In this document: positions 39,101-51,100 of the stretch, piece by piece | Numbering within the stretch: position 1 is the stretch's first letter | How the letters are laid out: each line of letters begins with the position of its first letter | NCBI GenBank assembly: GCA_026770705.1 | Contig: JANJGN010000014.1 | Span: forward strand, 68,634,001 to 68,698,000 | Direction of reading: 5' to 3' | DNA: 64,000 nucleotides | Origin: Isurus oxyrinchus | Taxonomy: Eukaryota | Program-made: the position numbers and the translations under genes | Notes under the pieces: model-generated | The model's database searches: none | What the model was told of the DNA's origin: nothing | The model's input: the letters and a program-made list of their open reading frames with translations, nothing else

Positions 39101-42100
39101 TTGATGAAAACCTTGTTGTTATCGAAACAGTTGGTACCAGGACAGAGTTAATTATAAAAAATGCACAAAGAAGTGATTTTGGCAGATATATAGTCACTGC
39201 TACAAATAGCAGTGGCACCAAATCTGCATGGACCCGAGTGGACGTTGTGGGTAAGACACATACTAAATAAGCAAATGTAAGTTAGGCTGATAATCTATAT
39301 CAATATCTTAGTTAAATCTAAATGGTATATCCCACCTTTTTCTTTCAGATGTACCTGGCCCTATACTGGATCTAAAACCTGTAGTTGTTACAAGAAAGAT
39401 GATATTACTTAACTGGTCTGAACCTACGGATGATGGTGGCAGTGATATCATAGGCTATGTTATTGAGAAAAAGGATGCTAAAATGCATTCCTGGAGACAA
39501 CCAATGGAGACAGAAAAATCCAAATGTGATATTGTTGGTCTTCTTGAAGGACAGGAATATATGTTCCGTATTTGTGCTAAAAATAAATATGGCTGTGGTC
39601 CTTCCGATACACTTGGACCTATAGCTGCAGTTGATCCGCTAGGTAAGATGTGAGGAAAGCAGGAGAATTAAATGATTTCTGTTCAGATATGTCACAGTTT
39701 GAATTGGAAATGTATTTTAATTATAGGTCCGCCAACATCACCTGAGAAATTTACATACACAGAGAGGACAAAGTCAACAGTTACACTTAAGTGGAAACCT
39801 CCACGAAATGATGGTGGTCGACCCGTTTTGGGATACATTGTTGAAAAGAAAAGACATGACCAACCTACATTTGAGAGAGTTAACCAATTGGTTTGCCCAG
39901 ATACAACTTTTGTGGTTGATAACCTAGAAGATCTAAACATGTATGACTTCCGTGTCAGAGCTGTCAATGAAATTGGAGAAAGTGAACCATCAATTACTCT
40001 TAATGTAATAGTGCAAGATGATGAAGGTACATGCATTTGGTAGTTATGTCTTGTGCTATTGACCTTTCCATATGGGAAATATAAGTATGATTTTCTTCCA
40101 AATGTTCAAAATTTATTAACATTTTTGTTCTTGTTTGATTTGCTTATTTTCCTAACAGTGCCTCCAATTGTGAGATTGCGACTGAAAGTTAAGAAAAGTG
40201 TTATAGCTGTGAAAGCTGGTGAACCAATTGACATTCCAGCTGAGGTGGAAGGCCTTCCTCTTCCCAAAATTGAATGGAGTAAAGGGGAGACAGTGGTAGA
40301 AAAATCAACTGACCGACAGAAGATAGATACTGAAGTAGTATCAAGAATGAATGCAATGACTAAGTTTAGTATTCCTGCAACTGTTAGAAAGGATTCAGAT
40401 ACTTATACTATTACCGCTTCAAACCGCCTAGGAACAGCATCCCAATCTGTGGATGTTAATATTCTAGGTGAGGAAACAAAACAATTGCAATAAAGAATTT
40501 GAGAAAATATTAAATTCCCCAAAATTTACTATTTTGTTTAAATATTGATTTATTTCACACTTCTTTAACTTTAGATAAACCTTCACCACCAAGAAACCTT
40601 AAAGTTTCTGACATTAAAGCAGAATCCTGCTGTCTGACCTGGGATGCCCCTGAGGACAATGGTGGTAGTGACATAACTAACTATATTGTTGACAAGCGTG
40701 ATGCAAGCAAGAAGAAATCTGAATGGGAGGAGATCACAAACTATATCATTGAAAGACGATATGGCGTAATGTTTCTTTTTTCATGCTACTGCATTAAGTC
40801 AATGTTTTCATAAGCTTCTTAATATAGCTGAGCAAATTTTATATGTGTAACCAAAGTTTTCTTCTATTTAGGTATGGAAGCTGACAACTGATGGAGAATA
40901 TCAATTTAGAGTCAGAGCAGAGAACAAGTATGGAATTAGTGATGGTTGTATGTCTGAAAAAGTGACAATCAAAGATCCATTTGGCCTCCCAGGACCACCA
41001 AGTAAACCAAAAGTGTCTGATGTTACGAGGTGCTCTATGCTTGTAGCTTGGGATCCTCCAATGGACAATGGTGGTTCTCCAATCACAGGTTACTATATTG
41101 AGAAGAGAGAGGTTGGAGGCGTGTATTGGTCACGTGTCAACAGAGCTCCCGTGACAAAGCCAGCTATAAAAGGCCTAAACTTTAATGTCCTTCGTTTGAT
41201 GGAAGATGTTGAGTACCAGTTTAGAGTCATGGCAATAAATGCTGCTGGAATTGGACCTCCTAGTGAACCTTCTGATCCTGTTTTGGCAACTGATCCTAAA
41301 AGTAAGTTTCATCTCTGGATATATATGTTTCTTTGTCTCAGCTAAAGGAATAGTTGTTGATCTAAACTTTAATTAAAATAAAACTATTCTAAAATGATTT
41401 ACATACAATAATAAATATAAGATTTTAATTAATTTAAATGAGATTTGTAACATTGTCAAATGTATTTGACGTTTTATTACTCTGCTTAAAGCAAGCAAAT
41501 ATCACAAAAGCATATTCAAACATAATAAGGAAAATAGGGTAGACCAACATTAGTATGATTTTTTTTTCTCTGAAGATCCACCAAGTGCTCCATCATCTCC
41601 TGAAGTCACTGACAAAACAAAGAATACAATATCACTGGCATGGAAACGCCCAGCAAAAGATGGTCATAGCCCAATTCAAGGCTATATTGTTGAGATGCAG
41701 GAGGAGGGTTCATTGGACTGGAAAAGAGCATCAGATCCAGATAAACTAGTTCCCAACTGTGAATATGTGGTGCCCAATTTACAGACTCTGAAGAAGTACA
41801 GGTTCCGTATTAAAGCTGTTAATGCTGCAGGGGAATCTGAACCAAGTTTACCAACTTCAGAAATAATTGTGAAAGAAACTCTAGGTAAGTTCCTCTAAGC
41901 TTAGAAGTTGAGAATATTAGAATACACTTTTTGCAAGTTATAACGAACATATTTTCCTTCATGATTTACAGAGGAACCAGATATTACATTGGAAGTCAGT
42001 GCACAAGATTTCCTCAGTTGCCGTGCTGGTACATCTTTGAGAATCCCAGCTATTGTCACTGGCCGTCCTACTCCAAAGATTAGTTGGGAGTTTGAAGGAC

Positions 42101-45100
42101 AAGCTAAGACGGTGATAAAGGTATGAAATATTTTAATTGTATGCAGATATATACCTCTGTCCCTGGAAGGAATCCTCTGAGCTATGCCAATTCAAAATAG
42201 CTTGGGCATGTGGGGTTGAAGATGACCACACTTGGTGAGTGTGCTCTAGAAAGTTACTATAGTGAAATTTATTTGCCAGCTTTGATAAGGCTAAATAATA
42301 TACTGTAACAATCAAGGAACTGTTTAATTATGTTTGCTATTCCTTGATGATGTAGATGTGTTGTCTTTTTAATTGTGAGGCAGATGAAATTGATTTGTAC
42401 TTTTGCTTCATCTGGCTTGCACTTATGAGACTGCTAGGGGTAGAATGATGGGTTCTCAGTTGATCCCCTCTACCTACTGATACTTCCCTGTGAAATGTTT
42501 TGTTCACTTATTGTCTACCAAAATATGAAGAACTTGCTATAGTTTGCACAAGGCCTTGGGTGACCTGTAAAGAAAACCCATGGGGTAGATTTCATCTATA
42601 CCATCAAGTTGTGAACTATCATTGGTACAGAAAGACAAATACGGGGAAAATCACACATGTGTAATGCAGCTTGCCTTATTTTTCTTCTAATGAAATTAAT
42701 GGAGAATAAGTTAGACAGACTCCGACTGTTTAGGTGTTCGAGCCTCTCAGTCCAATTCTCCCCTCTTAAAGAGCATCCTGGTCCCTAGAATATGCCCCTG
42801 AGTTCATTGAGCAATATTTATCCTTCTCAGTTATACAGCTGCAGACCAACCAGGTCTAACCAGATGCCTTTCTCATGGTTATTTTTTGTCACTAATTTAG
42901 TATCAGATGTAGGTCATTTTCATGGTGCTGTAACAATAGGTGATGTTACATACACTGAATGTTACATGCTATGTTGCATACAGTGCTCCACCATAACCAC
43001 CTACAATGGGAACTATTGCAGCAGCTTTTCTACTTACTCTTTATTTTGGAAGTCGAGTGGAAAGTTTATTAAAGATTTTCAGAGCAAATTAGCACATATA
43101 ATTAAAACCAAAATTCCTAATTTTGAAATATTTCAGGTGTCGGAGGTAATTGAGTGCATTCACAATTAGCAGAAATTGAGGGATATTACTCCAATTATTT
43201 AAGGCGATAAAACTGCCTCTGTGATTATTGGTCCTATTATGAATAGCTGGAGGTATATGGAAGCTATGAGATGCGGGTATGAGGCTGGCAGCATTGGTAA
43301 GTGTATGAGAGGGAGGTGGAGCATCTGAATGTTGGCTATGATCCCTGGTTACCAATTGGTCAGTGAGGAATTTGTGAAACATTGAGCAGCATGATAAATT
43401 AATGGTACAGTGAGTAGGGGAAACAATTTGAAGAGGCATTTGCTGACCTTTACCACCTGTGTGAGGCCATTGAACTTTTTGCGGCACTGCAGCCAGGTTG
43501 TTGGACTAGGCTCCAGGAATTGACCTTCATGGCCACATATTTGGAGGGCTTGCCTAGAGGGAAACATCATCTCCTCCTGTCTACCTCCAACACCAACATC
43601 TCTAGCGCCACATTCAACAACCTGGGAACCTCTCTCTGGCCTGTGGTTCTATTTGCTGTCTTCTTCCTTCCAACACAGACTTTAGTGGGAATTTTAATGG
43701 AGCCTGCAAAAGCAGGAAATGTGGTATGCGGGTGACTGAGTTAGGCAGGAGCTGAAATTTCGTATTCCTCACAGCGGGTTGAGATCCAGAATTAAGTCAG
43801 CAACATATTTGTGGCATTTTAGGCCTTATACTATCCTGTGGCAGATTCCTGCTTATCATACGTTTTCTTGCTATGAAACTCATTAGCATAAAGCTTTTTT
43901 TATTGTGACCTCCCTTCAAGATAAAGTTAGTGGCTCAGAAGAATCTCATGGCACCCGGTTCACATTTGTTTACACGTGTAATGCAGCAGTCGGCTTTTGC
44001 CATTTGTGTCCAAGGTCAGCTGTTTTCCTTGTTGAACCCTGTGGCACAAGGGAGGGGTAAAGAAGAATGGCAGCTTGCTCAAACCAGCAAGGACACATCA
44101 GTGGTGTGTGGGGAGCGTGGGGTGATGGTAGTGAGGGGTCTGAGGTGTGGAGGCATGGAAGTGGTATCCAAGGGAGGACAGAGAGTAGGGTCGGGAGCAT
44201 GGAGGAGTGAAATGGAAAGGGCCTGGCATCCTGGGTGTGGTGGGAACAGCTAGCCAAGGTAAGAAAATGAGGAGCCTAAAGGGCAATGTCAGTACTATCC
44301 ATATGTGGGTCCATCTCAGGATGTTGGCTGGCAGAGTCCTTATAGGGCTTTGAGTTCACCTACAACATTTCTATTATCCCCACTGAGAATGATCTTGATT
44401 AGTATCCTATACAATGCATAAAAGTGAGGACCAGCTGAGCCTGCAAGTGGTGAGTACAGCACTGGACACTAACAGGAACATTCGGTAAAGAGTGAATAAA
44501 AAAAACACAACATTGTTTCTCTCACAATAAAGAAATGTCCCTAGTTCCCCTGTAAACATCAATGTGTGCCAACCATAAAGCCTGCCTGAACAATTAGCTC
44601 TTTGACTAAGCTAGTCTCAACAAATAACAATGATGCACATATGAATAACATGAAACCAATGTAATGTGAAACATTTGCAATGAAACATAAATTTGAAAAG
44701 CACCCCATGCCATCTTTGTGCTCTCAATAAGTCTTATGTTAATGGCAATGGAGTTGGGTAGGAAAGTTGTGGCCATGACGAAGAGCCTCTCTGTTTGACC
44801 AGGAGGCTCTATATAGCCCACCTGTATTTGCTGCATTGTCAGCTGACAGTGAGTTTCACCACTGAGAAGCTTCTCCCACTGTGTGATCGCACATGTCTCT
44901 TGTGGCACTTTAAATTTTAATTGGAATCGTGTGGGAACCAGTAAAAAGCAAGAGTGCAGAGGTAGCACCCGATTCCTGTTCCGCCATCAGGAACAGCATG
45001 CCACAGTTAAAATTCCGCCCTTTGAGACTATTTCAGTAGCTGTTGTTCCCAGAGTGCACCTCCCTTTAAAAAGAATAGATTAACGGCAAGTCGGGCAAAC

Positions 45101-48100
45101 CATGCACACTCCCAAGTGCCCAGTTGAGCACGCAGCCAGTCAGCAGCACGTTTTGCACTGGGCTTGGTGCAATCATGTTGATGAACAGGCAGTACTCAGT
45201 TTGCATGCTGCCTGTCTCAGCTTGACTGGGCGGGAGGTAATCATGCATCACAATTTCTGTGCCTGAAAACAACTTTCAGCCCTGTCTCACAAGATTCCAC
45301 TTTAATTTTCAAAGCACGACTTTATTTTAGCCCGTGGTGCCCAGGCACCTTTCAGAAATTGTTGCACTAACAATGATGCAGCATCTCCATGTGTACTGAT
45401 ATTTAGAAGAATGATTAATCAGGTTTTCTGGCTGGTACTACTGGTCAAGCAGCTCAAAAGTGTTCACCTCCAGAAATTGAGGTTCATATTCAAACAGGAA
45501 AAACTCCAAAACTCCAATTCTCATAGCAGAACCTGACATTTTACAGGTGCATCTTTGCATAATTCTTATACTCAAGCAAATCACAATGCCCTGGGATATT
45601 ACCACCCCAGCTCCTTCCTGGACAGATCTGCCTAAGTCTGTTTATTTGTTGGTACTTGATCTTATGCTGGCAAAGACTCAGGCTGCAAAACTCAGCTCCA
45701 CAGCATCCATAGTGTCAGCACTACAGATGTCATTTTGGTCACAAAACAGCATTTGTGCCATGTGCATACAGTTCCAGCAAATGTTGTTTTGGAGCGGTCA
45801 GTGGCATAGTCATCAGGAACTTTCACAGATCTGTACAGAGTAGACAGATCATGACATCACATGCTGACTTGATGTCAGTTCTTTCTTTTTCAACCTTGGT
45901 GCTCTAGCTAACGCCTTCCTTAAACATGCAGAGCTGAAGGAGGCTTTTCGGGCCATAATGTCCACACCAGTTAACAAAGATCTGACTATACTAATCCCAT
46001 TTTCCAGCACTTGGCCCATAGCCCTGGAGGCTATGGCAATGCAAGTGAATATCTACATACATCTTAAATGTTATGATAGTTTCTGACTCAGACACCCTCT
46101 CAGGGTAGTGAGTTCCAGACTCCCAACACTCACTGGGTGAAAAAATTTCTCCTCAACTCCCCTCCCAGCCTTCTACCTCTTATCTTAAATCTATGCCCCC
46201 TGGTTATTGATCCCTCTACTAATGGAAAATGTGCCTTGCTTTCCACCCTATCTATCCCCCTCATAATCTTGTACACCTCTATCGGGTCCCCTCTCAACCT
46301 TCACTGCTCCAAGGAAAACAACTCCAGCCTATCCAACCTTTCTTCATATCTCACCCTCCAGCCCAGGCAGTACCCTGGTAAATCTCCTCTGCACCCTCTC
46401 CAGTGCAATCACATCTTTCCTATAGTGTGGTGACCAGAACTGCACACACTGCTCCAGTTGTGACCTAACCAGTATTTTATACAGTTCCAGCATAACCTCC
46501 CTGCTCTAGTATTCAATGTCTCGGCTAATAAAGGCAAGAATCCCATATGCCTTCTTAACCACATTATCTACCTGCCCTGCTACCTTCAGGGATCTATGGA
46601 TATGCACTCCAAGGTCCCTCTGATCTTCAGTACTTTCCAGGCTCCTACCATTCATTGTGTAATCCCTTGCCTTCTTATCCCTCCCCAAGTGCATTAACTC
46701 ACACTTCTCTGGGTTGAATTCCATTTGCCACTGCTCTGCCCTCCTGACCAATCCATTGATATCTTCCTGCAGTTTAGGACTATCTTCCTCACTATTTACC
46801 ACCCTACCAATTTTGGTGTCCCCCACGAACTTCTTGATCATACCCCTTACAGTTAAGTCCAAATCATTTATGTACGGCACAAACATCAAGGGCCCCAGCA
46901 CCAAGTCGTGCGCAACCCCACTGGAAACAGACTTCCAGTCACAGAAACATTCCTCTGCCATCACCCTCTGCTTCCTGCCTCTCTGCCAATTTTGGGTCCA
47001 ACATGCCACTTTGCCTTCGATCCGATGGACTTTTACTTTCTTGATCAGTCTGCCATGAGGGACCTTATCAAAAGCCTTGCTAAAGTCTGTGTAGACCACA
47101 TCAAATGCATAACCCTCATCAACACTCCTGGTTACCTCCTCAAAAAATTTGATCAAATTTGTCAAACATGACCTCCCCTTAACGAATCCATGCTGACTAT
47201 CCCTGATTAATCCGTGTCTCTCCAGGTGCAGATATATTCTGTCCCTCAGAATTCTTTCTAGCAACTTCCCCACCACTGAGGTTAGACTGACTGGCCTGTA
47301 ATTTCCTGATCTATTCCTTCCTCCCTTTTTTAATATTGGGACAATGTTAGCAATCTTCCAGTCCTCTGGCACCTCTCCTGTGGCCAGAGAGGATTTGAAA
47401 ATTACTGCCAGGGCCCGTGATATCTCTTCCCTTGTCTCCCTCAATGGCCTGGGATACATTTCATCCAAGCCTCCAGATTTATCCACTTTTAAGGCTGCTA
47501 ACCCTGCTAGTGCCTCCTCTCTCTCTATGTTAATTTCTTCTAATATTTCGCAGTACTGCACCCTGATGTCTATAACTGTGTCATCCTTTTCCATTATGAA
47601 GACTGACGCAAAGTATTCATTGAAGACTGTACCCACTTCTTCCAAGTCCACACACACATTACCTATATGGTCCCTAATTGGCTCTACTCTTTCCCTAGTT
47701 ATTTTCTTGCTCTTTATATATTTAAAAAAAAACTTTGGGTTTTCCTTTATTCTACCCACCAAAGCATTCTCATACACTCACTTAGCTTTTCTAATTTCCT
47801 TTTTAAGTTCCCCTTCTGCACTTTTTAACACTTCTCTAGGGACTCTGCCGTATTGAGCCCTCGGTATCTGCTATAAGCATCTCTTTTTTTTTTACTCCTA
47901 ACCTTTATATCCCTTGACATTCTGGGTTCTCCAGACTTGGTCCCCACCTTTGTCTTTACGGGAACACATTTGCCCTGTACTCTCGCTGTTTCCTCCTTGA
48001 ATGCCTCCCACTGGTGCAGAGTAAATTAGTTGATGAAGTCGATGGGGAGTGATATTGCATGTGCAGTGAAAGACTTTCTTCTCACTTCAAGGGCTTCAGT

Positions 48101-51100
48101 CACCCCACTTTCTCCCACACATGCATCTGTAGTCACCATCCCCCTTGGCCTAGAGCACAAGAGGGAGAATGAGCAGAGAAAACAAAAAGCTGTTCACAGA
48201 TGGAGGAGGTGACGGTTTCTCAGCAGGAAGCCTTATCCATTTAGGAGCATTTATTTTACCTTTACCTAAGACAGGAATGGTATATGCAATCAACTCTGTT
48301 TTGCAAAGGAGATGTTTATAGAAATCTACCATCTTTTGTAAACAGACCTGCAATCTCAGAACTGAGCATAACATTGCGGCCAGTAGCTGTTTATGCCAGG
48401 CAGGGGAGTTCATTATCTCCTTTCTGACCATAGAGAAGCAGGTGGAGAATGCAAATGGCTTTGGCAGGATAGCAGATGTAAGGCACCATTGACTGCACTC
48501 ACATGGTTTTGTGGGTGACATATCTAAATGTTGAGGTGTACTGCAATCTCAAAGGTCACCACTTGCTGAATGTGCAGTTGACCATACTCAGCACGTCATG
48601 CGGGTGGATGCTTACTTTCTTGGCAGCAGTCAGGATGCATTTTTTTTGTAGCAGTGAACTGCTCTCAGCATTTGAACCGCCACGTTAAACCCGCAGGTTG
48701 AAACGGACTATCCGTCTAAAAGCTAGTTCATGACTCTTTGCATAACCCAAGTACATGTGATCTGTCTGTAGTGAGAACCATGCATGAAACATCATAAAGC
48801 AGACCATTGACCAATAAAGTGCTCAACAAACATGTTCGATGTCTGGACCACACTTGAGGAGCCCAATAGTACTTGTCAGAGCATGTATCTCAATTTGCAG
48901 TGGTCTGCTTTGTCCTGCGTAACCTCACATCACGAGGGCACAACCCTTGCCACCAGGGAAACAATGAGCAGCTGAAGTGCAGGAGGAAGGGAGCAGGCAA
49001 CGAACAAATTATCTTTCTGCATGGGCTCTCTGTGATCACCTCATTTTACCACAGTTCCACTGAACATAACCTCAGATCCCCATTCTGCAGCAATCACACA
49101 CCTTACCATCCCTCTATCACTGACTAGCACTGTGTCCTCTTGGCCACAAGGTTGAAATAAAAGCCACCACAAAACAACTGTTACATGCCGACTTGATCCA
49201 ATAAAACACCTGAATGCTATACAATACTCAACTAATCCTTCTGCTGGGCTTTCATGGCAATAAGCTGTGATTTCATGCCCTCAGTCTAAGCTTCCACTGC
49301 AGCACACAGATGTTTGGTGATTTCTGCCTGTACTGCAATGGAAGCTGAGACATTGGTCATCGAACACCACCTCATGGTTAGGTTTACATGTGGTCATGGA
49401 GTTGGCCACCACTTGCACAATGGAAAGGATGGGCTCCACGCTTTGTGCAAAGCTCTGTGCCTGGTTGAAATTGGATTCCTCCATGCTCCTTGTCAATACA
49501 CCAACATTTCTACAAATATGCTTATCATTTTTTTTTCTGTTGGTCACCTTATTTAAGTTCTCATCTCTTCTGCAGCAGAACCAGTTTACTACTTCACTGA
49601 ATTACCTGGAAAAACTCAGCAGGTCTGGCAGCATCGGCAGAGAAGAAAAGAGTTGACATTTTGAGTCCTTATGACCCTTCGACAGAACTTGAGTTCGAGT
49701 CCAAGAAAGAGTTGAAATATAAGCTCGTTTAAGGTGTGTGGGGGGGGCGGAGAGAGAGAGAGAAGTGGGGGGGGGGGTGGTGTGGTTGTATGGACAAACA
49801 AGCAGTGATAGAAGCAGATCATCAAAAGATGTCAACAACAATAATACAAAAGAACACATTGGTGTTAAAGTTGGTGATATTATCTAAACGAATGTGCTAA
49901 TTAAGAATGGATGGTAGGGCACTCAAGGTATAGCTCTAGTGGGGTTGGGGAGAGCATAAAAGATTTGAAGATATTTAAAAATAATGGAAATAGGTGGGAA
50001 AAGAAAAATTATATAATTTATTGGGAAACAAAGGAAGGGGGAAACAGAAGGGGGGTGGGGATGGGGGAGGGAACTCACAACCTAAAGTTGTTGAATTCAA
50101 TATTCAGTCCGGAAGGCTGTAAAGTGCCTAGTCGGAAGATGAGGTGTTGTTCCTCCAGTTTGCGTTGGGCTTCACTGGAACAATGCAGCAAGCCAAGGAC
50201 AGACATGTGGGCAAGAGAGCAGGGTGGAGTGTTAAAATGGCAAGCGACAGGGAGGTTTGGGTCATTCTTGCGGACAGACCGCAGGTGTTCTGCAAAGCGG
50301 TCGCCCAGTTTACGTTTGGTCTCTCCAATGTAGAGGAGACCACATTGGGAGCAACGAATGCAGTAGACTAAGTTGGGGGAAATGCAAGTGAAATGCTGCT
50401 TCACTTGAAAGGAGTGTTTAGGCCCTTGGACAGTGAGGAGAGAGGAAGTAAAGGGGCAGGTATTGCATCTTTTGCGTGGGCATGGGGTGGTGCCATAGGA
50501 GGGGGTTGAGGAGTAGGGGGTGATGGAGGAGTGGACCAGGGTGTCCCGGAGGGAGCGATCCCTATGGAATGCCGATAGGGGGGTGAAGGGAAGATGTGTT
50601 TGGTGGTGGCATCATGCTGGAGTTGGTGGAAATGGTGGAGGATGATCCTTTGAATGTGGAGGCTAGTGGGGTGATAAGTGAGGACAAGGGGGACCCTATC
50701 ATGTTTCTTGGAGGGTGGAGAAGGCGTGAGGGCGGATGAGCGGGAGATGGGCCGGACACGGTTGAGGGCAAACTGGAGGAACAACACCTCATCTTCCGAC
50801 TAGGCACTTTACAGCCTTCCGAACTGAATATTGAATTCAACAACTTTAGGTCTTGAGCTCCCTCCCCCATCCCCACCCCCTTTCTGTTTCCCCCTTCCTT
50901 TTTTTTCCAATAAATTATATAGATTTTTCTTTTCCCACCTATTTCCATTATTTTTAAATATTTTTAAATCTTTTATGCTCTCCCCACCCCCACTAGAGCT
51001 ATACCTTGAGTGCCCTACCATCCATTCTTAATTAGCACATTCGTTTAGATAATATCATCAACTTTAACACCTATGTGTTCTTTTGTTCTATTGTTGTTGA

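Noticed and set aside
46506-47777. 423-aa reverse transcriptase ORF as a novel or domesticated gene
   Set aside because: Ordinary 5'-truncated CR1 with the catalytic motif degraded (FVGD) and frameshifts downstream.
50075-50404. Stand-alone GIY-YIG nuclease gene
   Set aside because: It is the C-terminus of a truncated Penelope ORF, with the upstream part frameshifted.
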